NCBI GenBank assembly: GCA_022813965.1
Contig: JALDZS010000118.1
Coordinates: forward strand, 1 to 64,000
Direction of reading: 5' to 3'
DNA length: 64,000 nucleotides
From: Toensbergia leucococca
Taxonomy: Eukaryota
Below, piece by piece: positions 40,094 to 53,705 of this stretch (its first letter is position 1; each line of letters starts with the position of its first letter). Made by a program: the position numbers and the translations under genes. The notes under the pieces are model-generated. The model did no database searches. It was not told where the DNA came from and was given only the letters and a program-made list of their open reading frames with translations.

Positions 40094-41914
40094 TCATTCG
40101 AGACTAACGATGACCTTGATCTCTCTGATCCTCTCGCCCCGACCTCTAGTCTGCCCGTGTCCTGAATCGCGAGGTTCGCAAGGAAGAACATTTGTACGCA
40201 CGCCCGGCGCCGCTGAAGTAGCTTCGATGTCACGCACCAGCGACCGTACCGCGGATTCCGGATTCCTACGCCTCTCTACGTTCGTTGTAGGGTCCAAGGT
40301 ACCTATGAGGACGGCGTGACTTGAAGTAGACATATTAGTCGTCGGCATTGAATTATGTTCATCATCGGCTCCGTCCTCGTGCCCGCTATCAGTAGTCGTA
40401 TGATCTGGCCTTCCCTTCGCTGGCTCCTCCTCTTGGATCGCATGCTCAGCTACATTCTCCGCGTCCATCTCATTATCATGTTTGGCTGCAATGCAAGGAA
40501 GACTTTGGCTCTTCTTTGCCACAAACTGCTTGTCCGCAAGAAACAACCTCCACCATCGAAATTTCTTCTGCGCAGCAACCACGTCAGACACAGTGACTTC
40601 CCGCGTCATGTCTGCACCAGAGGGTTGCAACTCGTATGCGACGGAGACTGCTGGGAGGGATTCGCTGTGCGATTGCTCCTTAGAAGGGGTGTATTTAAGG
40701 AACTGTGCCGCTTCCGCGGTACTGTGTTGGCGAGCAGGGAGGGATTTATCATTATAAGAATGGTCGTTATAGCGGGTTCTGTGGCGACGCTCAGATCTAG
40801 GATCGGCGACTTGAACGCCGAGAAGAGTGGGAAATTCTCTTGCGTGAGAAACGGAGCAGTTGTCGAAGTCTATACTATTCCTTGAGCGTACACTCTGGTT
40901 GGGAGCACCATTCGAAATTTGCCGTTCCACTTTGCTCCTATGATAATACGTTGGGGATTCACAACCATTTTGGAAACTGAGTGGCATTTCAGTCAAGGAA
41001 TGTGGGCGTGTCAAGCCGGTTCTTTCTGTTAGCCTCTCGAACGAGCGCGAATGCTCTTGAGGCGCGGAATCATGTGTAGTCCATTCCTCTTCATCCTGAT
41101 ATGCAGGATAATTGAAAGGGCCAAACCCCAAAGTAGCTGTGCTCGGCTCCGCCGAGTGTGCGTACGGTGCCTCCCACCCCTTGTTAGCCATATCACCCAG
41201 CCTGTCTGCAACGCTTTTCCTTGAAACCGGAATCTGCTCATACTTGTCGGATTCACTTTGAAACGAAGCTGAATCAGCAACGAGATGTTCCCCCTCCCAT
41301 TCAAGACCTGAATTTTGGGTTTCTACTTGAACTGCATGTTGTGGCTTCCTGGAGGCTAGAGGAGCTTCATGCTCGAAAGGTGTACCTACCTTAGTACTTG
41401 CAGCATTTATTACGTTCGTCAACAGCCGAGATGGCCTGCCGGCGCCGATGAACGGTTTGACTTGGGTTGAGCAGCTTGGCAAGTCTTTGCTCTTCGTATT
41501 ATGGGCAGTTTCGGTGCAATCCAAAGCCCACTTAGAAGATGTAGTAAATCCGAGCGTGTTTCGTGGCCGATTGCCAGAATCTGCGCCTTTTACCTGCTGA
41601 GCATCCTCGATCTTAGAGGAAGGGAGACTTGCACCTAAAGCTAGAAAACGGCGCTGGTAGTTTTTAAGCGGCGTTGGGCGATCTGACGCATTGTGAGCTT
41701 CTGCTGATAGGAACTGGCTGTTCAGAGGACGCAAAGCTTGAGGCGAGCGAGATCGAGGAGCAACCCAGGCCTGTCGGGAAAGCCCCTGGAGAGCTCGGAC
41801 TCTAGCCGCGACAAATCCTTCTTCGACAATGGGTCCTGTAGATTCGCAGTAAGGCGAATGTAGTCTGATTGGTACTCGAAGTGGAGCAGCGTGGTCGCGC
41901 AACCGCTGTGTCAT
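40094..41914 (-). CDS. Hypothetical disordered protein (probable start MTQRLR at 41914)
   Basis: Open frame of more than 600 codons with short conserved-looking blocks (GFVAARVRALQ, FRWWRL, IKVIVSL). No family recognised; start uncertain. Confidence 0.6.
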   Translation of the reverse strand: MTQRLRDHAAPLRVPIRLHSPYCESTGPIVEEGFVAARVRALQGLSRQAWVAPRSRSPQALRPLNSQFLSAEAHNASDRPTPLKNYQRRFLALGASLPSSKIEDAQQVKGADSGNRPRNTLGFTTSSKWALDCTETAHNTKSKDLPSCSTQVKPFIGAGRPSRLLTNVINAASTKVGTPFEHEAPLASRKPQHAVQVETQNSGLEWEGEHLVADSASFQSESDKYEQIPVSRKSVADRLGDMANKGWEAPYAHSAEPSTATLGFGPFNYPAYQDEEEWTTHDSAPQEHSRSFERLTERTGLTRPHSLTEMPLSFQNGCESPTYYHRSKVERQISNGAPNQSVRSRNSIDFDNCSVSHAREFPTLLGVQVADPRSERRHRTRYNDHSYNDKSLPARQHSTAEAAQFLKYTPSKEQSHSESLPAVSVAYELQPSGADMTREVTVSDVVAAQKKFRWWRLFLADKQFVAKKSQSLPCIAAKHDNEMDAENVAEHAIQEEEPAKGRPDHTTTDSGHEDGADDEHNSMPTTNMSTSSHAVLIGTLDPTTNVERRRNPESAVRSLVRDIEATSAAPGVRTNVLPCEPRDSGHGQTRGRGERIREIKVIVSLE

Positions 41915-42236
41915 TATGCTCGCGAAGGACAACCCATGATCGAATGCAGACAACTTGATCAACGGGTAGCTTAGAGGAATAAAGAACGGATTTAGGATAA
42001 GGATAGTACACCAAGACCAATATTCCAACAGTGTCTTCATGCATGGCAGGTTCTCGGGCCGTTCCAATAAAACAATCCTCATACAAGGAAGGTGCTCTTT
42101 TGCAAGGAACTAGTCTAGCACTGAGAGGGAAGGCGGTAATGCTCAAATATCAAACATGGCAAAGATGGGAGAAATTACTAGACACTTGACATCTAGTACA
42201 GTGAATTGAGTCTACGCAATCGAGTTACTAAGGTAC

Positions 42237-43186
42237 CTACTTCAACGACGCTTGCAAACTCTCTAGAACCTAATTGACCAACATATCGTCAATACTGGAG
42301 GGCTTAATGGCATGCATGTGTGGCAGAGCCTACCTCGAGTTCAATTTTGGCCTCGGCGATATCCTGCTCACTACCTCCGCCCCCAGCTATCTTTTGCGCC
42401 TCCGCGATCTGTGATCTGACAGCCTACGAACCAAAAGTGTCAGCTTTAAAGGGCCAGTGGGGTTTCCTGCTATAACGTACATCTGAGCTGAAATCTTCCA
42501 GGGGGAATCCCTCAACGGCGTTAATGCTGAGTTGCGATCCCGGTTGCACGATGGCAAAGCCTCCAGATACTAAGGTTCGTTGAATTTTTCATCAGCAACT
42601 ATTCCCCTGGGTACCAATGGATCTGCCGAATCTCGGTATCTGCTCCAATGAAGGATGCACGAAAGCCATTCACTGAAAGCGAGACGGAAGGTAATGCTGT
42701 CAGTCTACACGATAGAAAACATACAAAAAAATTGTTTGCTGCCACCGCTTTCCTCGATTATTTCGACTAATCCAGGCTTCAATTGCTCGATCGAGGGGAC
42801 GTGATTTGCGAGGACACCCATCTCTCCGGACTCAGCGGGAATGTTGACCTGTACACTACGGTGCAAATGCAGTTAGCAAAAAGAAGCATTCTTGATGTAG
42901 TTCTTGGCTCAGGAACTCGCAGCTTACACATCTGTAGACTTGTAGATTGACTAGAAACGAAAAAAGTGTTAGCAGAATCTACGGTCTTTCAGAAACACTG
43001 ATGTGCCTCTGGGGTCAGAGGGTCTTTGTCCTAGGTATTCACACTATAACCTACTTGATGGGGCAGGGCGAGGGTGAGCTTGATCTTATCTGAAACGGCA
43101 TCTGCGTAGGCCCGTCTCTGCAAATGCACCCTGATAGCTGTAGGACGGGAGCGAGCTACACTTCGAAATATGCGTAAAGAATTCAT
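42237..43186 (-). CDS. ATP16: Mitochondrial F1 ATP synthase delta subunit (6 exons)
   Basis: Presequence then DKIKLTLALPHQ|SIYKSTDV|VQVNIPAESGEMGVLANHVPSIEQLKPG...FF|LSGGFAIVQPGSQLSINAVE...AEAKIELE|VLESLQASLK. Confidence 0.95.
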
Positions 43187-44172
43187 GGTTGGTAGGAGAA
43201 ATACAGAGTTTGATGCACGTCTCGTCGGCATCTGCAATTTGGGTCTGCTGCCAAGAGCGAACTGGACGGTCAAGCACGTGACGAATGAATGTAGTTAGAG
43301 TAAAACACCAATTATGTATTCCTCAGGTCGAACAATTGTCAAACTGTTATATTACCACTGTCCTTATGATTTGAGGTCGACGATCGTCTCTACTCATCGG
43401 TCCCGGTTCTACAAGGATATGACAACCCAAACCCCCTTCCCCCCTCTGGGCTGTCGCCGCCCCGACGACTCGAAACTAACCCCCCCTTTCGCGTCGACTC
43501 AATATCAACCTCAAAGCCTCAATTTTGGCCTACTATTGCGACTTCAATAGCGACGTCCTTGATCAGTTTTCGCCAGTGTATCGATACTTTGGATTGCTAA
43601 TATCATTTCAACCCCATAGGTTGGGAGATATATCTACGGTTCTTGATGGGTAGATCCCCTGAGGGTTTTCTTTCTTATAGGTTTATGAGTATCCCTGAGT
43701 CTCAGTGAGACAGTCTCACTTGAGCACACCCGGTTTATCTGACAGACAATATACATTCACCAACGGCTCTCTGTCACGGTAGGGAGGAATAGTAAGTCTA
43801 TCCACAGATAGGCGTCAGTGCAATACCTTTACTCCCTACTGGTCCACGCGTTATGCTGTTGTCACTGAATCGAGGCTGAAAAGAGGGTTGGGAGCAGAGA
43901 AGAGGTGATCTCTGCGATCATCAATCAATCTGTTGGGCCTATAATGCAAGCAATTCTCCAACCGATAATACTCAAAGCAGGTCTGGTATCGAAGGGGATT
44001 GATGGGTCCCCCTGAAGGTGGTTCTTCTTAGAGGAGCCTGTCAATTATATGTAGCTGTGGGTGGGTATAGGATTGTCAGTCTGGGCCTCTGATGTCACCT
44101 GTGTGTGCTTGCTACAGCGACATAGTTACACGACTTCTTGTTAAAACAGTAAACACAAACTTCTGCCCAATA

Positions 44173-44788
44173 CCTAGACACCCCCCCACTCCCCCCACTC
44201 CCCCCCCTCAGGCGCAAGATCACCGATGGGAATTTTATCATTCTGCACCACATTTTGTCTCGATTTCCCCACCACTTTTGCATGCCATATACCTCATGAT
44301 TCGCGTGTCAATTAGGAGGCTTTTTCCCTGGGAGAAAAAGCATGTTTTGGTACCACATTCTGACTTGATTCCCCCCACTCACGGGCGCAAAACACCGCGA
44401 TCATTGCTCATCCCCATGGCCATCCTACAGGAGCCCTCAATCGACCTCAGGCTCAGGGTGAAATAAAGCAACAGGCATATGATAGAGGTACACAAAGAGA
44501 ACTGTCTCACTTTGAAAGGGTAGAGGGAACGGCAGCCTTGCGTGGAGGGGGACATGGGTGAGGACCTAGGGGCCGGGGGGGTGGGGTGAGACCTAGAGGT
44601 GAAGGGCAAGGTGGAGGAGTGATTCCTGTGACCCTGTGACTAATAGAAGCTTCCATGACTTCAAAATGAGGTTAGTAAAAATCGCAATGTTTTTGCGCCC
44701 GGGGTGGGGGGAATCGCGGCAAAATGTGGTGCAGAATGATAAAATCCCCCTAACTGATCTTGCGCCCAAGGAGGGGAGGGTGTCCATG
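44173..44788. mobile_element. Putative MITE/foldback element with long imperfect terminal inverted repeats, flanked by TA
   Basis: 44211-44275 (GGCGCAAGATCA...ATTTTATCATTCTGCACCACATTTTG...) is the reverse complement of 44704-44767. Termini CCTAGACACC / GGTGTCCATG with TA outside both. Confidence 0.65.
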
Positions 44789-46153
44789 TATCAACACCCT
44801 CTATCTAATAGACTACTCGTATCTGCCCGATATCCAAAACACTCAACACTTTCTCACTGCCGATACCACATGACAGTGGGACTTCGAGAGTGTGTAGGTA
44901 CGCTCAGCATTGCGGATCAAGACCATGCTTGAATGTTAGATGCTAGTAGCATCCTCCAATCCATCTGTTACCTAAGTACTGTGCAATACTGACAGGTAAT
45001 ATCGGTATAATAAGACAGATCAATTGGCTAATGGGCAGGATTTTTCGACCGAAGAAGCCTCTCCGGCGTCGCGCCGAATTTGAATCCGTCGCTCTGTCAT
45101 GGTTTTATTTTGTCGGCCGTTGTTCGTCATTCTTGATGATTGAGAATGTGGGGAGGCGGGGTCTGAATTAGGTAGGAACAACACACCCCACGCCCCACCC
45201 ACTATCAAGGGTTCCTGAAATCCGGTTGAATGTGACTATCAGCAATCCAGAAGCTGCAAAAAGGGTGGCTTGAACTTCTAAGACCTGCAAAGTCAAAAGC
45301 CAGAGAAACCATGCATGAGGGCGGGGGTGGTGCATTACCTCAACATGTGATACAAGTCAACCAGGACGGACGATTCAATTAATATTGGAACATCGCGCTT
45401 CCGGTACTGCATACCAGAACCTATTTAGTCCTACTGCTTCCTTGTGATTGGTGATTAAGCAGGAAAATCTCAGCTTCTGCCATCCTCATCCGAGGCCCGC
45501 CGCAATCAGCCGACCGTAAACGCAATTTTGAGCTTAGATACGTAAATTATCGCATCGGTTTCCCTTGTGCCTTCATACTTATCCCCACTCTCATCAGTTC
45601 TCATTGCAGTCATCTCTCACCAACACCGACATCCTTCCAACGGTTCTTGCAACGGGGATTGGAAGATCACTTGTTTCGCAAGCACTTCTTGGAAACATTG
45701 ATTCCCGCGAAACCTTTCGCCACGATCGCTGTTGCAAGTCTCTCCATCATCCCACCAACATCACCTGGATCCAACCTTCAACATCAACAAGCCTTAGCTC
45801 TCTTTTGGTCCTCCACTTGTCCGAGTACTGAACTCGAAGTCTCCATCATGGTTGAATTTCAGTTATAGCATCACGGTCCTTAGGGACACCACGCACACAC
45901 ACACACGGACATAGACGTTCTTCTTTTGAGGTTCTATTCACTACTTTTTGTCCCTCGGGAGATCCTGCTCCTCCTCAACCAAGAGCCTTACTTTGAACAG
46001 AAAGCTGTCTACATTCTGATCGTCTCATAAACGTCACTAAATCGATCGACCATATCCATCGCCATAGCGAGCCTCCTATCTGACCCAAAGCTCTTCATTG
46101 AATGCATCCTTAGACTTGCAGTAGCTATCTTTTTACAGAAGTTCTACTTTCCA

Positions 46154-48535
46154 ATGGCACTTCGCCGCGATACCCATCTTGATCCTGTTTGTGCAACGCG
46201 AAATACTTCGTCGTTGACCTCTGGGCGATGGCCTAGCGATACGCCTTTGAGTAGTGAGGAGGATGTTGCTGCAGACGTCGATGAGCCCCCTGAAAGTCAA
46301 ACCTACCTTTCACACCGCCCTGTGCTGCCGGACCAAAGTTCATGTTCCCACTCTGTCGGCATCCGAAACCCACAACCTAGACTGATTCGCCAAGAGTCAC
46401 TCCTTACTCGAGCACTGTTGACGAGTCCGAAGCCTGCACTTTTGTCAGAGACCGGGATACAAGCTGTACCAAGGGCCGAACGTGGGAGGTCGACTGCAAC
46501 AGCCAGCACTGCTAGCACTGTATCTACAGCTGAGCTTACTAGTGACTGCGGCTTGACAAGTCCAAGCCGGTCCATCACACCTAGTCCCCCATTATCCACC
46601 ATCAACAACACCGGATTAACCATCATCACACCAAAGGGACCTACCAAGTTGATTGATGTCCACGATATGAAGCCGCTAACTCTGCTTCGCCCAAAAGTTG
46701 CTGGCGATAAATCACCAGAAACTAGTATTGAAGCTGGGCTCGGACGAAAAAGATGTATCACTTTCGCATGCGGGCGGCGGCCTAATACACACATTAAGGA
46801 AACCCAGTCTGTCAAGTCTCAGACTGTTGCTGACACCGGGAGTACCGTGGCTACTGAGCCGCAGAAACGCCCTTGCTTGTTGACTTTTGCATGTCCCTTC
46901 AAGCCACCTCTAGATGAGGCTCGCAAAGCCAACAAAGAACCAACGTTCTCCAAAACCTTGCACCACAGCCCTCCCTCTTTCGAAACAGATTTTCCCGATG
47001 CAATGATATATGATCGCCGACCTCAAGTTGAGCCCGTTCAACATTTTCAGGACATCATGCCTAGGAAAAGGTCTTTGAGCCCAAGACTTGGTCATTCGCG
47101 CAAATCTCGTATCTTTAACCACCAAGATTTGAAGAGATCAGAAGCTACAAGTTTCCACGAATTCGCAAGCTCTTTTGACGAAGGAGATGAATGGATATAT
47201 GAGCAGACTGCTCATCGACACAAGATCACAGTTAACGATACACTGCGGAAAGAAAACGCAATCAGGAAGTTAGGAGAAGAAGCAGAGGAAGAAGCACTTG
47301 ACGAAGAAGATGTCGAAGGAGATGAAGACTCGCATGAGTACCTTGACGAGGTTGCCAGTGCCAACGACGATTTCGATGGTGAAAACCATTCATCCGACGG
47401 AGGCAACGAGAGTGATGATGAAGAGGGATTTGCCGATTCTGATGACAGCGATGCTGGTTCAGAGTACCAATTCTGGACACCAGCCTTGACTACTGCTGCC
47501 ACTTCAACAGATCATATACGGCCAGTTGCGCAGAGGACGGCGTCCGAGTCATCATTTGAGTCCATAATTCACACCCAGAACATGCTTCCAAGTGAAGGTG
47601 ATTTTGCGATGAGAGCCCGCAAGAATAGACAAGTACGATCGTCTTCGAAAATGCGACCTGGTACTCCAGATCTTCCTGACAGCACCGATTTTGTGTGTGG
47701 AACCTTTGATGAAGATCGTCCCCTTGAGGTCGCGTACATGTCATGTTTGGAGGAGCGCAGACGCGCAAGACACAAGCTTGTACCCCAAGACATTGATCCG
47801 AGCTTCCCAACTTCCGATTCCGACGATGATCACAATTGCGATTCAGCCGCTGAAGCAAGTGACGAGCATATGTTCATTATGGGAAGACCTGACAAATCCG
47901 ACGACGAGCAATTACAAAGCGGTCGAGAGAAGGGTTTATCTAGAAGAACGGCAATATCTCCGCTGCCATCACCCAAGCCTCGCCGCTCACCTCCACCACC
48001 CAAACGACACTTGGTTTTACGGTCTCCCCCACCACGCCGTCTTTTCGGACATTCGCCCAAGCATTTACGGTCTCCTCCAGCTACTCACGGTAATTGGAAT
48101 TCTCCACCTTCATCACGCCGAACATCCTTTTCTGGATCGGTAAGAAGGGCGCATGAAGGAATCGACATGCCCCACTTGGCCCAGCGTCCGAACCTAACAC
48201 ATACCAAGTCACTGCCCAGGACGCCGAATCCATTTTGGCGTCAGCACGGGAAATGTCGTCATGATGCGCTTGTTTCTACATCGATAGAGAAGTCACTAAA
48301 GCCTATGGGCTCGCAGCATAGCCGTGGGCCAATTGATATTGTCAAGGGTCTTGAGAATAAACGGCAGAGACGTAAGGAGAAATATTGGCGGCAGCAATAC
48401 CGCAGTGGGGCCAAAGATCGAGATTGCAGATGTCAGCCGGGCAAAGGCGCCGAGAGGATGAAAGAACTTGGGTTGGAGATAGCTGGGAAAGGCAAAGGCT
48501 ATGGCCAGAAGGCACGGCTAGTGTTGTCTGTTTGA
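46154..48535 (+). CDS. Conserved fungal hypothetical protein (Ser/Pro- and acidic-rich), single exon
   Basis: 793-aa ORF with conserved-looking blocks KITVNDTLRKENAIRKLGEEAEEE, LPDSTDFVCGTFDEDRPLE, RGPIDIVKGLE, GKGAERMKELGL. Confidence 0.8.
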   Translation: MALRRDTHLDPVCATRNTSSLTSGRWPSDTPLSSEEDVAADVDEPPESQTYLSHRPVLPDQSSCSHSVGIRNPQPRLIRQESLLTRALLTSPKPALLSETGIQAVPRAERGRSTATASTASTVSTAELTSDCGLTSPSRSITPSPPLSTINNTGLTIITPKGPTKLIDVHDMKPLTLLRPKVAGDKSPETSIEAGLGRKRCITFACGRRPNTHIKETQSVKSQTVADTGSTVATEPQKRPCLLTFACPFKPPLDEARKANKEPTFSKTLHHSPPSFETDFPDAMIYDRRPQVEPVQHFQDIMPRKRSLSPRLGHSRKSRIFNHQDLKRSEATSFHEFASSFDEGDEWIYEQTAHRHKITVNDTLRKENAIRKLGEEAEEEALDEEDVEGDEDSHEYLDEVASANDDFDGENHSSDGGNESDDEEGFADSDDSDAGSEYQFWTPALTTAATSTDHIRPVAQRTASESSFESIIHTQNMLPSEGDFAMRARKNRQVRSSSKMRPGTPDLPDSTDFVCGTFDEDRPLEVAYMSCLEERRRARHKLVPQDIDPSFPTSDSDDDHNCDSAAEASDEHMFIMGRPDKSDDEQLQSGREKGLSRRTAISPLPSPKPRRSPPPPKRHLVLRSPPPRRLFGHSPKHLRSPPATHGNWNSPPSSRRTSFSGSVRRAHEGIDMPHLAQRPNLTHTKSLPRTPNPFWRQHGKCRHDALVSTSIEKSLKPMGSQHSRGPIDIVKGLENKRQRRKEKYWRQQYRSGAKDRDCRCQPGKGAERMKELGLEIAGKGKGYGQKARLVLSV

Positions 48536-49156
48536 AAGGATGACAAGTTCATCATGAATGCCAGTATCGTACTCGTTTTTACGTCCACAAGAAGCGTTCT
48601 TACTCGATAGTGTAGCTCGTTGTTGTACATATCTCAGGCTCATTCCTTGTCTCTTAGACAATGCATATGTACTTATTTCACTGCCCGTGTTCATACCCTG
48701 TTGACGGTACCAATGTACATGCTCGAGTATGATTTCTAGGTAGATATATGTATCGAAATAATGCGGCATTAATACAGTACCCGCACTACACAACATGACC
48801 AAGGATGTCAATCTGAGAAAAATCTTGGGTGGAAGACTTGTTCATTGTCAAGTAAAATTCAATTTCCCTACGCCAGAGCCGGGGTCTCAACGTTTCTGCT
48901 TGTACATAATTTGTCGATATTTCCCGAGTGTACTATGTAAATAAGCATAAGTTGTCTCGTTGTGTAAACGTGTCATGATATCCGTTGTTTTCTGTGGTGG
49001 AGGCTCAGTATTCTAATCCAACCTACTCCAGAAGTGCCGTTGCATATCATCAGCCCTACACCAGAAACACCATACAATTAATTCTCAAACCCATCAAGCA
49101 CAACTTTTACATTGCTCACCTGACATTTTCTGCAACTTCCAAGCACAGACGCAGTT

Positions 49157-50121
<965 letters not shown>

Positions 50122-51198
50122 ACCAAGGTTGTGCAATTTGATGGGAGGCAATGGAAAAGTGTAGCAATATGGTGATATTGTCGTGGCATCAGAAGCGTGC
50201 GATTGATAGGTGAGGCAGGGCTGGGATCATATGTATGGACGAGCGAGTATCAGAGTCTCGCCTGACCTCCCAGCCTGGCGTTACTTCAATTCCTTTAGGG
50301 CACAGCAAATACGATCATAGCTAGACCTATACCCATTCATGCCTCTTAAAGAGGTTATGGAGGACATTGAGAGTGTGTGGCGATTGTGATTGCATTGATA
50401 TGCATCTATCATTTTCCCGTCACCGTTGAACTCAGGTACGTGACAAGCATCATCGAACCGCATTTTTTCATGACCACATGTAGCCATCGGTGGTGGTTAC
50501 GGCATCAGACAACAGACTGGGTGTTGACCAAGGAGACGGCTACAACAATGAGAGAAGTACTGTCCCTATTGGCATGTGGGTGCGCCCGTGGATGAACAAT
50601 CAAATCAACTAGACATTGATCCAAGAAATCGGTGCTGTCCTGTTCTCTCGCACAGTCACTATCCCCTATATGAACGGCATCAGACCTATAATTCACAGCC
50701 AAGAGGATCGGGAAATTGTAAGAAGCAAGAAATTCGTGTCGGATTCCGAATGAATCGCTCGTCAAGAAAGAAAAGTCACGATAGATACGGACATACTGCA
50801 TGCACTCGAGAAGCAGGGACGGCACACCTCGAACTTACATTTCACACCTGATTCTGCCCCAAAGCGACAGAATTGAATACGTATTCGCGAAAAAAGAACA
50901 CAGCGCAGGTCCCCGCCACGTTGGCAACCATCCTAGCAATGCCAAACTAATACAGAGAAAAGCCCCTCCCACTTCGCTCCTCTAGATGGCCCCTCCAACA
51001 CGTCCGAAACCGTTGTCGCCGCCGTGAACGTGATGAGAGAGGAGAAATACAAGAAGGGTCGACGTTCGAGGAATGCAGGCTCTTTGGTTGTAAAAGTCGT
51101 AGCTCTGGACTTCGAGTCTTCGATCGACGTGGAACCGTGAAAGGTGATGATCTATCTTCGCCCGAACCTGCTGCACACGGAAAATCGTGTTGGTACAT

Positions 51199-52438
<1,240 letters not shown>

Positions 52439-53705
52439 CTCTTTGTCCCCGGTCAGGAAAATTGGATTACTTGTGGGACGAGCGCAGGGCAAGACTTAGA
52501 GGTTTGCCTTCTCCTCGAACAATTGTGGCCCCCAACTTGATTCTCTGCTCCAATTGCTTTATGAAATGTTAGATTGAGACACGAAAGCCATGGTATGTGT
52601 GGCTTGTGGCTACCAAGGAGATTATGATACAGCATGGACTGAGTGAGATGAAGTGGATTCAGGATGTTAAACGCGTAGATACTACTGACCTACGAGAAAT
52701 GCACAAGCGCTAGTGGCCGTGCCTCAAGGGTATCACGTCTGAGTGTAAAGGTAGTGTTGAATCCTCACTGTCGCCGACAGTGGAGCCGGATGACACAGTG
52801 TGCAGCACTCCGGGAGAGGCAGACTCTACCACCAAAGGCAATCAGTATCAGGATGAAGGATGATCTCGTCGTGTCTTTGAGGGATACAAGCTGTCGACTG
52901 GAGCTGGGACTTCGGCGTCGTACTTGTCGATCTGGGTGTCTGAGGGCGCTTGGTTGGCTGCAATATCACTTGGGGTTCAGCTGAAGGCAGTTTCGGTGGA
53001 ATATCCTTCTGAGTGGAGATTGCGAGCGTTGGTTCGGTGGTTTTGGTGCTTAGAATGACTACGGTGGTACTCCGTACAGTGTTCTAGCGAAGGATTTTTA
53101 TTCTGTCGGCTGCACAAAAAGTGGAATGCAGGGGCGAGAAATTGATGATTACTCTTAGTGACGGGTAAGTAGGCAAAGGAATGCTCAATATAGTTGAGTA
53201 ACTTAGCCTCTGTGCTCTACTCATACAGTCCTCGATATCGGCAGTCATATTCGTACGATACGAGTACTCGTATCGTACACACGCTCACCCATCACGTGTC
53301 AAGTCATACAAACTCGACGTGGAAAGCTCGGTTCGAAAATATGAGACCCATGGCTGCTAGAAGCCCCAGAGAAGATTCGAAATAGTCCACCTCAGTCTAC
53401 CCTGAAACATGCCCTCCAATAGCCCTCGAGAATGACAAGGACTCCAAGCAATGCAACGCTTTCATCAACTGTCCCTACCACATGCTGCCCGAATCTATCA
53501 TGCTCTAACATACCACCGCCTAAGAATGAGTCTGGAGCTAGCGACTTTTGCCTAACCGTAGACATGGACAGGGCCAAGCAGCGCTGAAGATGACGAGGAT
53601 AACAAAACTATATAGTACATGAGTTCGTTGAGTCCAATCGTAAGTCATCAAATTGTAGTCGACCACGATCAACGTCCGAACATCTGCGCCTCCGACAAAC
53701 TCCTT

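Noticed and set aside
42570..42724. Stwintron (intron within an intron) in ATP16
   Set aside because: Removing the inner 52-nt intron does not create a new GT donor.
43300..45500. Telomerase RNA or snRNA gene
   Set aside because: No CCCTAA-type template longer than one repeat and no recognisable snRNA sequence.
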